Assembly: GCA_964429885.1 (NCBI GenBank)
Contig: CAYSEO010000002.1
Location: 17,072 to 60,385, forward strand
Reading direction: 5' to 3'
Length of the DNA: 43,314 bases
Source: an uncultured bacterium
GTDB lineage: Bacteria > Cyanobacteriota > Cyanobacteriia > Thermostichales > Thermostichaceae
The notes under the pieces were generated by a model that saw only the letters and a program-made list of their open reading frames with translations, did not search any database and was not told the DNA's origin. Shown here one piece after another: positions 34,899 to 43,314 of the stretch. The position numbers and the translations under genes were made by a program. The first letter of the stretch is position 1, and each line of letters begins with the position of its first letter.

Positions 34899-34925
34899 GG
34901 GAATCCTACTAGGGATCCCTTTTTT
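34899..34925 (+). terminator. rho-independent terminator of the GDPD gene
   Basis: GGGAATCC-tacta-GGGATCCC stem (one mismatch) followed by TTTTTT. Confidence 0.6.
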
Positions 34926-35106
34926 GTTCTGAGAGATAGGGGAGAATCTTACCTCTAACCCATGCCCACCCATGGCAGCAGCCCCAGCCTTGAGAAAATG
35001 GCGACGATCGTAACGATCGAATCAGGTAAACATGATCAGAGAGCCTCCTGGGTTGCTTGATAGATACTGTTGAGATCCAGAGGATCCAGAGAGATGAATA
35101 GGAACC

Positions 35107-36066
35107 TTATGAGCCAAAAGTTGCCTCGATCCGACTACGGTAATAGTCCCGCGTGGTGATGGCTGGATAAAGCGGGGGTCGATCCGCTCCTTGACAGGTG
35201 GGCACACACTGGATCTCGGCCTCAGCATCGGGTCCGCCAAAGAATACGATCGAGTCGCGAGAGGTCTGAGCGTGAGCTTGTGTTGGCATCACCACCCGAT
35301 GGGCATTGGAGCAGAATTCATGGTTGGTCCATCGTTGCATCAGATCCCCAATATTGACCAAAACGGTCCCTGGGATCGGAGTGGCAGGCACCCATTCCCC
35401 CAGACGGGTCAATACCTCCAGGCCTCCCACTTGATCTTGAAACAATAGCGTCACACTGCCCCAATCCGTATGATCTCCAGTGCGGATCTGGTTGGGTTTC
35501 AAGGACTGGGTGAGGGGGGGATAATGTAGCAATCTCAAGGTGTAATTCTGTTGGGTATGGCGCTCCGCAAAGAATCCCTCCGGCAGATCCAGAGCCAGAG
35601 CAAAGGATCGCAAGACCTCAGCAGTGAGATCTTCACAGGCGGCACAGAAGCTCTCGATCTGCTGTTGAAATCCGTCTAGATCCTGAGGCCATTGGTTGGG
35701 TTGAGCGGTGTTCCGATCACTCCCCAGATCCAGGGCCTCCTTGTAATCGCCAGGTCGCTCCGGATCCAGTTGCTGTCGCTCTGGGGCCACATACCCGCGA
35801 TTGGTGGGCTGCCAGCTGATCTGTTCCTTGATCTCCAAGGGCAAGCTGAAGAATCGCTGGGACTGAGCAAAGGTCTCAGACAGGAGCTGCTCTGGCAGAC
35901 CAGGCTGGCTCAGATACATGAACCCGATCTCATGACAAGCATGATAGATCTGTTGAGCGATCCGGTACCGTGTAACAGCATCCCCCTGACGAAACTCAGA
36001 GAAGTTGATCACAGGGATCTGGGTAGTAGAGAGGGTTGGGGATCCAGTCATGGACATGGGACACAA
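35107..36066 (-). CDS. 2-oxoglutarate/Fe(II)-dependent oxygenase (isopenicillin-N-synthase-like)
   Basis: N-terminal DIOX_N-like IPVINFSEF...ACHEIGFMYL. HxD in GDHTDWGSVTLL, distal His in NAHRV, and RDSIVFF. Confidence 0.85.
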   Translation of the reverse strand: MCPMSMTGSPTLSTTQIPVINFSEFRQGDAVTRYRIAQQIYHACHEIGFMYLSQPGLPEQLLSETFAQSQRFFSLPLEIKEQISWQPTNRGYVAPERQQLDPERPGDYKEALDLGSDRNTAQPNQWPQDLDGFQQQIESFCAACEDLTAEVLRSFALALDLPEGFFAERHTQQNYTLRLLHYPPLTQSLKPNQIRTGDHTDWGSVTLLFQDQVGGLEVLTRLGEWVPATPIPGTVLVNIGDLMQRWTNHEFCSNAHRVVMPTQAHAQTSRDSIVFFGGPDAEAEIQCVPTCQGADRPPLYPAITTRDYYRSRIEATFGS

Positions 36067-36211
36067 TCATGATCGGTGATCTGTTTATTAGCTGAGCAGA
36101 TTACTCAAGACAGAATCGTTAAATCGGATACGAGAGGCAGGATTAGGGAATGACGCAGGCCAACCCATCGATGGCTGCTAGTACTCGCCTCAGAGCACCT
36201 ATCGCTTGATA

Positions 36212-36275
36212 AGTAGTATCGGCAAAATTGCTTTGATATACAGTATAGAGTCTGTATAAACGTTTTTGCTGATCT
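36212..36275 (+). repeat. dispersed 66-bp element, copy C (promoter points antisense into 36315..36974)
   Basis: AGTAGTATCGGCAAAATTGCTTTGATATACAGTATAGAGTCTGTATAAACGTTTTTGCTGATCT. TTGATA (36233..36238) and TATAAA (36255..36260) are separated by 16 nt. Confidence 0.75.
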
Positions 36276-36314
36276 CCTTATCGGGTTCTCGGTGAACCAT
36301 AGATCTTCCCCCGA

Positions 36315-36974
36315 TCACTCCCGTATCAAGCTGAGCTGCCCCTCCATGACCTCCAGTCGATCGACATCCTGGAGCAGATCCTGTAGCTCTTGTAACGGAG
36401 GTTGATCGTTTTGGGGATCGGAGAGCAACTCAAAGATATTGATATCTTGCCAGTCAGCGAGAACCTGCTGCTTGACCTCATCGGGCAACTCTTGACCTGC
36501 AAAATCAAAGTCTGTGATGCTGGCCAGGAGTTGATCGTTTTCCACGGACAGAGCGATGGAGAAACTGCCGTTTAGATAGCGTCCTGAGAAAAAGGGAATG
36601 CCCTCCAATGGGACCGATCCTTGAGCTGAGAGCTGATCCTCATCGATATTCACGAAAGTCTTGCCTGCGATGACTGGGTTATCCGCGATCAGGGCATTGA
36701 TATCCTCCTCTGTCAGGACCAATTCATTCACCTGATCTGATTCCTGAAAATCCTCAATCCGCTGTCTGATCTGATCCACCTGACCGGGTGCCGGGTCAGC
36801 GACTGGGATCGGGGCAGGTTCCTCAACCGTGAGGGAAAGTAGGGCCTCTCTAGCGCTATAGAGAACGAATGCCGTACATCCTCCAACCCCCAAAGCCAAG
36901 ATCCCAACCGTCAGACAGCCCCAGAACAGACATCCAGGTCCTTTTCTCGCTTCCCCTGAAGAACTCATTGCCAC
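36315..36974 (-). CDS. membrane-anchored acidic hypothetical protein (219 aa)
   Basis: N-terminal TM helix (CLFWGCLTVGILALGVGGCTAFVLY) followed by a D/E/Q-rich soluble part. It lies 75 nt downstream of the histidine kinase on the same strand. Confidence 0.6.
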   Translation of the reverse strand: MAMSSSGEARKGPGCLFWGCLTVGILALGVGGCTAFVLYSAREALLSLTVEEPAPIPVADPAPGQVDQIRQRIEDFQESDQVNELVLTEEDINALIADNPVIAGKTFVNIDEDQLSAQGSVPLEGIPFFSGRYLNGSFSIALSVENDQLLASITDFDFAGQELPDEVKQQVLADWQDINIFELLSDPQNDQPPLQELQDLLQDVDRLEVMEGQLSLIRE

Positions 36975-37049
36975 TGCCTCCTAAAGTGATTGCCTGGTTC
37001 CAGACTTCCCTACCTTTACCTCAAGGCTATCTGCTTTACCCCTTCAATC

Positions 37050-39830
37050 TTAAGACTGTTTACCTCCCTCCTGAGCCAGAGAGGACAGGGGAAGTCGGAT
37101 CGTAAAGGCGGTCTGTCCATCGCCACTCTCCACAGAGATCTTGCCTCCCAACCACTCTACAGCTCGTTTTACCAGCGAGAGCCCTAGACCCGTGCCCCCT
37201 TGCTGCCACTGATCCGCCTTAGGGATCCGATAGAACTTTTCAAAGAGATTGGGTAGGTGATCACTGGGGATCGCAACTCCGGTGTTGATGATCTGAAACT
37301 CTAGGGTCATGGGATCCAGTGAGCGAGCCCTAATCTTGATCTGGTGCTGAGGTGGGGTGTACTTGCAGGCGTTGGTGATCAGCTCTGAGATGACCCGCTC
37401 TAGGGTGAGGCGATCGGTCTGTAGAACCTCTAGGTTGGGATCGATATCCAGCTCAAGCTGTTGTTGTCTTTGTTGAGTTCGTTCCTGAAAGGATCCTACA
37501 ACTCTCTCTAGCCAATCCCGGATTGAGATCATCTCTGGAATCAGAGCTTTGCTGCTGGTCTCTAGGCGTTGTAGATCTAAGAGATCGTTGATTAAAGAGA
37601 TCTCTCGGTTGCACTCCCGTTCTAGGATATTGAGATAGTGACTTTGTTTCTCTGGGGATTCCACCGCCAGCTGTAACATCTTGGCCGCCATCTTGATGTT
37701 GGTCATCGGAGTGCGGAGCTCATGGGAGACTGTAGCAACAAAATCATCCTTGAGTTGGTTGAGCTTCTCCAGTTCCTTGACCTGGGCTTGAGCTGTCTCA
37801 TATAGTCGAGCTTGTCGGATCGCGATGGCACATTGAGCGGCCACCTGCTGCATCAGCTGGATCTCAGCCTCGCTAAACAATTCTGGGCTGGGCTTAGAGG
37901 CACCTAAGGATCCCAGTAGGATCTGATTATCAGCGATAGGGCAGATCAGTAAGGTGTGATTCTGTTCCTGGGGCCAGAGTGGACGTTCTAGGAAACAACA
38001 CTGCACCACCTGTCCCTGACTCAGCTGATCGATCAGAGGCTTGAGATCGGAGATCGTCTCTGAGACCTCGCCATAACTTAAACCTATCTCTGGATCAAAA
38101 TAACAGATCAGCGAGGAGATCTGTTGCTCCAGATCTATTTGTCGGATCGCCACCCGAGTTAATCCTAATCCTTCGCCTAACGATTGAGTCGCTACTGCTA
38201 ATAGATGAGATTCATCTAGGCTCTCTCGAATATTTTGAGTGATCCGGCGTAGCAGTTCCTCGTTTTGGAGTGCTCGTTGCAGTTGTTGGGTACGAGTCTG
38301 AACCTGTTGATCTAACTCTGTGTTGATCTGTTGTACCTGTCGGTAAAGCTCCCCATGTTGGATTGCCACTGCCAATTGATCTGCCACTTGCTTGATCAAC
38401 AATTGCTCATCCCATGTCCACTGCCGATAGCGATCACACTGTTGTACACAGAGGATCCCTTTCACCTGATCGTCCAATCGGATAGAGACCGCCAGCATCG
38501 ACTTGATCTGGAGAGACTCCACGAGAGGCATCACCTCCATCAATAAAGGGTGCTCCTGGGCATTATCTACCACTACCGGATCCACTTGGGCCAGAACTGC
38601 TTGAGCATGACGATTATCCTCAATCGGGATCTGTGTATCGAGGACGGCCCAGGTTTTCTCCAGGGTAGATGTCATGGTGTACTGAAAGGCTGAATCCGTC
38701 GGGGAACAGAGGGCGACAACACCACGGCTGGTCTGGAAGGTGGATAGTAGGGCCTCCGTAGCCCGCTCTAAGATCAGATCCAGATCTAAGCTCTGACGGA
38801 TGGCGTCAACCAGTAAATTCAGGAGCTTCTCTCGCCGAGCTTGTTGTAGAGTCAGCTCATACAGCTGGGATTGTTGAATGGCGATGGACAATTGCGCTGT
38901 GATCTGTCGGAGTACCTCGATCTCCCAGGTGTGCCAGATCCGAGGTCCTGTGCATTGGTGAGCGATCATTAATCCCCAGACTCCTTCGTCGTGGAGGATG
39001 GGTACCACCAGATTGGCTTGCACCTGAAACTGACTCAAAAGCTTTACATGACACTCCTGTAGATCCCCAGCATAGATGTCCTCATGGCAGCGGATCTGAC
39101 CTTGCCGAAAGGGTTCAATCTCTCCTCTGCCGAAGCAAGGATCATGAATCGTTCTTCCCAAGATCGAAAGACGAGGCCCCACCACGGACTCCACAGTGAT
39201 GTCACCACTCCCGTCGATATTGAGTTGATAGATCACTACTCGATCGACCTTCAACCACTGACGGATCTCTGAGACCGCTGTGTTCAAAACATCGTTTAAC
39301 TGTAGGGATTGACGGATCTGTTGGCTGATACGATTCAGGATCCGCCCCTGTTTGGTGCGCAGCTGCATCAATATCTCCGCCTGCTTGTTCTCCGTGATAT
39401 CCCTGATGATCACCAGGACCGTATCTGGACCACAGATGGAGATGCGGGCCTCCTCGTAACGGATCTCTCCCTCCATCTGTAAGGAGTATTCATATTGTTG
39501 TAGTTGTCTTGTCTGCAGAGCTCGCTCCACATAGGTCATCCGCTCTTGAGCCGCATCTGCAGGCATGACGTCATAGATCGTGGCAGGGATGGAGGAGAAG
39601 AGTCGATCATGTCTATAGATCTTGACTCCCTCACCCGAGTTAAGGGGTCGTAGCGTCCCATCTCGGGACATCAAGATCAACAGATCAGGGATGGAGGAAA
39701 CCAGACTGGCTTCTAGGGTGCTGAGTTGTTGGAGGGGATAAGCAGGTCCCTGATCCGAAGCTGACGGGGTAGGACGACCCAGTAATCGATCACTCAGGGT
39801 GCTCAGGGCTTGTCTCAGGGATGCCAACAT
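37050..39830 (-). CDS. multi-domain sensor histidine kinase (PAS + several GAF + HisKA + HATPase_c)
   Basis: H-box VATVSHELRTPMTNI, N-box LITNACKYTP and G-boxes IINTGVAI / GGTGLGLSLV. Repeated GAF-like blocks upstream (VVIYQ..., WGLMIAHQC..., GILCVQQC..., LLGSLGASK...). ATG at 39830; the ORF track starts at TTG 39866. Confidence 0.9.
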   Translation of the reverse strand: MLASLRQALSTLSDRLLGRPTPSASDQGPAYPLQQLSTLEASLVSSIPDLLILMSRDGTLRPLNSGEGVKIYRHDRLFSSIPATIYDVMPADAAQERMTYVERALQTRQLQQYEYSLQMEGEIRYEEARISICGPDTVLVIIRDITENKQAEILMQLRTKQGRILNRISQQIRQSLQLNDVLNTAVSEIRQWLKVDRVVIYQLNIDGSGDITVESVVGPRLSILGRTIHDPCFGRGEIEPFRQGQIRCHEDIYAGDLQECHVKLLSQFQVQANLVVPILHDEGVWGLMIAHQCTGPRIWHTWEIEVLRQITAQLSIAIQQSQLYELTLQQARREKLLNLLVDAIRQSLDLDLILERATEALLSTFQTSRGVVALCSPTDSAFQYTMTSTLEKTWAVLDTQIPIEDNRHAQAVLAQVDPVVVDNAQEHPLLMEVMPLVESLQIKSMLAVSIRLDDQVKGILCVQQCDRYRQWTWDEQLLIKQVADQLAVAIQHGELYRQVQQINTELDQQVQTRTQQLQRALQNEELLRRITQNIRESLDESHLLAVATQSLGEGLGLTRVAIRQIDLEQQISSLICYFDPEIGLSYGEVSETISDLKPLIDQLSQGQVVQCCFLERPLWPQEQNHTLLICPIADNQILLGSLGASKPSPELFSEAEIQLMQQVAAQCAIAIRQARLYETAQAQVKELEKLNQLKDDFVATVSHELRTPMTNIKMAAKMLQLAVESPEKQSHYLNILERECNREISLINDLLDLQRLETSSKALIPEMISIRDWLERVVGSFQERTQQRQQQLELDIDPNLEVLQTDRLTLERVISELITNACKYTPPQHQIKIRARSLDPMTLEFQIINTGVAIPSDHLPNLFEKFYRIPKADQWQQGGTGLGLSLVKRAVEWLGGKISVESGDGQTAFTIRLPLSSLAQEGGKQS

Positions 39831-40025
39831 GACTAGGACGGATCGGCAGGGCTGAAAGGGCAACAATAACAGGGGGGGCCTTTATTGGTGCTCATTATAA
39901 CTTAGGGGAAACGTCCCTTTCTCAGCGGTTTCCGTGTTACCTTTTGCCTGCCCCGATCTGAGCCGAACCCTTGTACCTCTCTTCCCGAGCTAGTGTGACC
40001 TAAATGTCTCTATGGGAAACATTTC

Positions 40026-41192
40026 GTGATGATCAGCACCGCTCTGGACCTCGGGAGAGTTGAGGATCTGATGGCATCCTCTGTGGGTCAGGTCTTCCCC
40101 TGTGGGCAACTCCAGATCCATTGGCAGGATCAGGTGATCTGCTCGCAAGCTTATGGTCAACTTCAGGTGGATCACCCCTGCACGCCACAACATCAGTTCG
40201 ATATCGCCTCGATCACCAAACTTTTCACCGCCACAGCTTGGCTCCGGCTCGCCTCCCAGAGAGATCTGGATCTGGAGGGATCGGTACAGCTACTTTTGCC
40301 TGAGATCGCCACTCCCCGACCGCTGGGTTCCTACGAGGATCCCCTACACCCCGGCCAATGGATCACCCTCTCCCCTCAGACAGACCCCATGGAGCTTATC
40401 GATCCTCAACAGCTCACCTGGCGGCAGTTGCTCACCCATAGCTCTGGCTTGCCTCCTTGGCGTCCCCTGTTTCGCTGTCCCAATCGGCAAGCGGCGGTTG
40501 AGATGGCCCTGGGCACCTGCTTCAGTTACCCACCGGGCACGCAGGTGCGTTACAGCGATATTGGCCTGATCTGGATCGGTCTGGCCCTAGAACGGCTGAC
40601 AGAGATGCCCCTCGATCAAGTCATCCAATCCCAGGTGATCGAACCCTTAGGTCTAAAGGACACGGGGTTTCGACCCGTCTCTGATGATCCGATCCCCCAA
40701 CCCTTGCATTGGGATCCTGTGGACTCCATCGCGGCCACGGAGGACTGTCGCTGGCGAGGCAGACGGATCCGGGGCGAGGTTCATGATGAGAACGGGGCTC
40801 GTCTCGGGGGAGTGGCGGGTCATGCGGGCTTGTTCTCCACCGCTGCCGATCTGGCTCGCTTCGGTCAGTGCTTTCTGTCTGGGGGCTTGCCGCTCCTCGA
40901 TCTCTCCACTCGGGATCAGATGATCCAACCCCATGCCGAACAGGGGGATCACCGTCGGGGACTGGGGTTCGCGCTGCGATCTGCTCACCCTGAGGCCAGT
41001 AGCTTTCCTCTCAGCGCAGGAGCCTACGGACACACCGGCTTTACGGGCACCTCCCTCTGGATCGATCCCCATCATTCTCTGGTGGTTGCCTGTCTCACCA
41101 ACAGCATCTACTACGGACGAGATCACAGCGGGATCTTGCCCTTTCGGGTAGCCCTACATGAGGCCATTGTGTCAGCCCTAGAAATCCTCTAA
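40026..41192 (+). CDS. serine hydrolase, beta-lactamase/transpeptidase-like (class C / esterase family)
   Basis: SxxK motif ASITKLF, YSD (YxN position) and HTG (KTG position) in YGHTGFTGTS. Confidence 0.85.
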   Translation: MMISTALDLGRVEDLMASSVGQVFPCGQLQIHWQDQVICSQAYGQLQVDHPCTPQHQFDIASITKLFTATAWLRLASQRDLDLEGSVQLLLPEIATPRPLGSYEDPLHPGQWITLSPQTDPMELIDPQQLTWRQLLTHSSGLPPWRPLFRCPNRQAAVEMALGTCFSYPPGTQVRYSDIGLIWIGLALERLTEMPLDQVIQSQVIEPLGLKDTGFRPVSDDPIPQPLHWDPVDSIAATEDCRWRGRRIRGEVHDENGARLGGVAGHAGLFSTAADLARFGQCFLSGGLPLLDLSTRDQMIQPHAEQGDHRRGLGFALRSAHPEASSFPLSAGAYGHTGFTGTSLWIDPHHSLVVACLTNSIYYGRDHSGILPFRVALHEAIVSALEIL

Positions 41193-41663
41193 CAGGGGAC
41201 CCAGACGGGCTAGGACCGGATCCGCCTCTTTGGGTTGAGGAGCGGGCTGAGAGGGGGTTGCCTGCCCAGATCCTGCGGCCAATGCATCCACCCGAGAGGC
41301 CAATTGGACCAGATCGGACTCCAATTGGTTGAGCCGGTCTGCCTCAGGAGCCAAGGACTGCAGACGTTCCTCCAAGGCTGCGATCTGCCGCTTCAGCTCC
41401 CCTAGGGTTTCCAGATCCGTGGCATCTGAGCCAGGCACATGTCCGTTCTCTGGGGAAGCCTCGGCCTGTTGCATGTACTGTTGGACCACATGTTTACAGA
41501 GGTCGCTAAAGCTGGAGAAAGAGGACTCTGAGAGAAACTCCTCGATAGAGGTGAGCAGCTCCTGTTCGGTCTCCAGATCGAAGGTCACCGACTTGCTGGA
41601 TTTGGTCGGGACGCGTTGGGTTGAGGTGCGACTGGATCGGCTGGAACGACGGGATTGTGCCAT
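41178..41663 (-). CDS. ParR-like adaptor candidate: basic N-terminus, short beta-strand/helix segment and C-terminal coiled coil (161 aa)
   Basis: SRRSSRSSRTSTQRVPTKSSKSVTFDLETEQELLTSIEEFL (possibly ribbon-helix-helix-like), then LGELKRQIAALEERLQSL...LNQLESDLVQLASRVDAL. It lies 31 nt downstream of the ParM-like gene. Confidence 0.5.
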   Translation of the reverse strand: MAQSRRSSRSSRTSTQRVPTKSSKSVTFDLETEQELLTSIEEFLSESSFSSFSDLCKHVVQQYMQQAEASPENGHVPGSDATDLETLGELKRQIAALEERLQSLAPEADRLNQLESDLVQLASRVDALAAGSGQATPSQPAPQPKEADPVLARLGPLLEDF

Positions 41664-41694
41664 AGAGATCCTCAGGTAACAACTAATGCAAAGC

Positions 41695-42753
41695 TTAGGT
41701 CGATTCCGCTGCTGCCGGTCGGAGATTCATCTTATGCAACTGCATCTCACCGTAGAGGAACTGACCCAGGACATTGGCCTTACGAGAGGGATCCGCCAGG
41801 TGAGCTTTCAGATTGGCCTCCTCCATTAACGGCAACAGCTCCTCCCAGAAAAAGGCCCCACCACCCCCTGTGATGATGACCTCTGTGGCCCGTTCCGGCA
41901 ACCAGTTCAACAGGCGACCCGAGATATCGTTGGCGAAATTACGCTTCAGGGTGGGCAAGATCTCGTCTAGATTGGTGGGCTTTTTGGCCCCGCGGGGACG
42001 ATATAACCGTTCTCCCTTGGGCTTATGGACTGCAGCGATCAGGGATAGGGATTGGGCATCTGCCCCCTCGATTTGGTTGGCCACCAGCTCGTAGAACTGA
42101 CTCATAGCAAACCCCTCACTGGAGGAGGCCCCTCGGGCAAACCGGAACCGATCCACCATCAAAAAATCTGTGGTCTGATGACCGATATCGACGATGGCCA
42201 CGGACAGATCCTTGAAGCTAACTCCCTTCTCCCCCTGAGCCTCAGCCCACAACAGACTGCCATAGCCCTCCGGTACCACCCACACCTCTGGAATAGAGAC
42301 GGTGATGGGATTACCTCGAAACATCATCTGGTGTTTACGCAGGATCAGCTGAGTGATCTCGGTTTTCTCCTGCTCAAACTTTTCCTGAGAGAGATAGGGA
42401 ATGCCTAACACCACCATCACCTCATCGTGGACATGGAGGAGTCCAATACAAGCCAACATCCGCACCAGAGCATCCTGCACTTTCGAGCGTCCGATACCTA
42501 GATCCGCCTGTAGGTCTGCGGCTAACTGGCCCACGGCGTAGTAATCGTTGCGGTATTCCAACCAGATATCCAGTAAAGGATCGGTGGATTGTTCGTCAAA
42601 TCCCCCATGGCTGATCTCAGAGGAGGTTCCCTGCTTGACGTTAGCGGGCACCAGGATCACCTGTTCAGGATCGCGGTTGATGCAGGCCTTAGAGGAGGTG
42701 CGGCCCAGATCGATACTCAGCAGGTAGGGGGACGCGGATGGTGATGAACTCAT
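41695..42753 (-). CDS. actin-like ATPase of the ParM/StbA type
   Basis: Phosphate-1 LLSIDLGRTSSK, phosphate-2 AIVDIGHQTTDF and adenosine motif VIITGGGGAFF. The connect region VVPEGYGS is also ParM-like. Confidence 0.75.
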   Translation of the reverse strand: MSSSPSASPYLLSIDLGRTSSKACINRDPEQVILVPANVKQGTSSEISHGGFDEQSTDPLLDIWLEYRNDYYAVGQLAADLQADLGIGRSKVQDALVRMLACIGLLHVHDEVMVVLGIPYLSQEKFEQEKTEITQLILRKHQMMFRGNPITVSIPEVWVVPEGYGSLLWAEAQGEKGVSFKDLSVAIVDIGHQTTDFLMVDRFRFARGASSSEGFAMSQFYELVANQIEGADAQSLSLIAAVHKPKGERLYRPRGAKKPTNLDEILPTLKRNFANDISGRLLNWLPERATEVIITGGGGAFFWEELLPLMEEANLKAHLADPSRKANVLGQFLYGEMQLHKMNLRPAAAEST

Positions 42754-42898
42754 AGGATCGAACGGACCTCCAGATCGCCAGCGAGATAATTGCCTGACTC
42801 GTTCCCAATTATTCCATTAGATCTGGGTTTGACCAGACGGAATTGAGCAGCAAGTCCGATTTCCTAGAATAACCTTATCGGGCTAGGGTCTTACACCC

Positions 42899-43282
42899 TT
42901 AGGCTTTGCCATCGGGATACAGCCGGATCAGTCCCTTCCGAGCGGCATTGTGAACCTCTAGAGGGGCGTCGCTGCGTAACAGTTGACGATACAGGGCCTC
43001 AGCGGTCTCTAGGCTGCCCAGTTCCCGATGTTGATCTGCCATCTCCAGTAATCGATGCACACTGGGGCTCTCCCCCTGGGTCTGTAGGACTCGGATCTCC
43101 TCCAATCGCTCCAACACCATAGGCCGGAGGGTGAGGGTCCCATCCAGATCCAGCACCTCCCGGTAAAAGCGTTGGGCCTCTCGATACTGCTCTTGTTCGT
43201 CGTAAGCTTCCGCCAACTGGAGGGCGATCTCGGCAATATGAGGGGTGGCTCGATCCAGAAACTGTCGATGTAAGGCATCCAT
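42899..43282 (-). CDS. TPR-like helical repeat protein (127 aa)
   Basis: Helix-turn-helix repeats such as ALQLAEAYDEQEQYREAQRFYREVLDLD and LETAEALYRQLLRSD. Same strand as the ParM-like gene and upstream of it. Confidence 0.5.
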   Translation of the reverse strand: MDALHRQFLDRATPHIAEIALQLAEAYDEQEQYREAQRFYREVLDLDGTLTLRPMVLERLEEIRVLQTQGESPSVHRLLEMADQHRELGSLETAEALYRQLLRSDAPLEVHNAARKGLIRLYPDGKA

Positions 43283-43314
43283 GCGACGGCTGAGGGGGGT
43301 GCCCTTGTGGGGCT

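Noticed and set aside
42786-42812. A parC-like centromere upstream of the ParM-like gene
   Set aside because: Only a single 7-bp inverted repeat (ATAATTG-N13-CAATTAT) is present. Classical parC consists of multiple iterated repeats, which I do not see, so it is kept as a possible operator only.

Overview
This looks like a chromosomal segment of a cyanobacterium. That call is an inference from gene content: DnaB with an intein at the Synechocystis-type site, a CPP1-like J-protein, pentapeptide-repeat, WD40 and Uma2 proteins, and a multi-GAF histidine kinase. I call about 40 protein-coding genes and saw no rRNA, tRNA or CRISPR array.

Recognisable genes:
- priA, interrupted by an in-frame TGA
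- lpxD
- rplI-dnaB, where dnaB carries a 140-aa mini-intein
- a pabB/pabC fusion
- a pstS-family lipoprotein
- a nifS/iscS-like cysteine desulfurase, with an in-frame TAA at the conserved N-terminal Tyr
- a class I/II aminotransferase
- cimA
- a divergent transketolase
- a glycine-betaine methyltransferase pair
- Nudix, GNAT, SAM-MTase, GDPD and 2OG-oxygenase genes
- a beta-lactamase-family hydrolase

Observations most worth follow-up:
1. A four-gene module at 4285..6929: PATAN/DUF4388, Roadblock/LC7, a stand-alone sensor globin and a small Ras-like GTPase.
2. A chromosomal ParM-like actin with a downstream ParR-like coiled-coil partner, at 41178..42753.
3. Strong over-representation of the tetranucleotide GATC, roughly one per 30-40 bp in most genes by hand count. 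Local troughs occur in rplI, the roadblock module, parM and parts of the transketolase gene.
4. A dispersed element of about 66 bp, in three copies, with inverted ends and a near-consensus TTGACA-N16-TATAAA promoter.
5. Two independent in-frame stop codons in otherwise intact conserved genes.

All functional calls come from motif recognition by eye. No database search was run.
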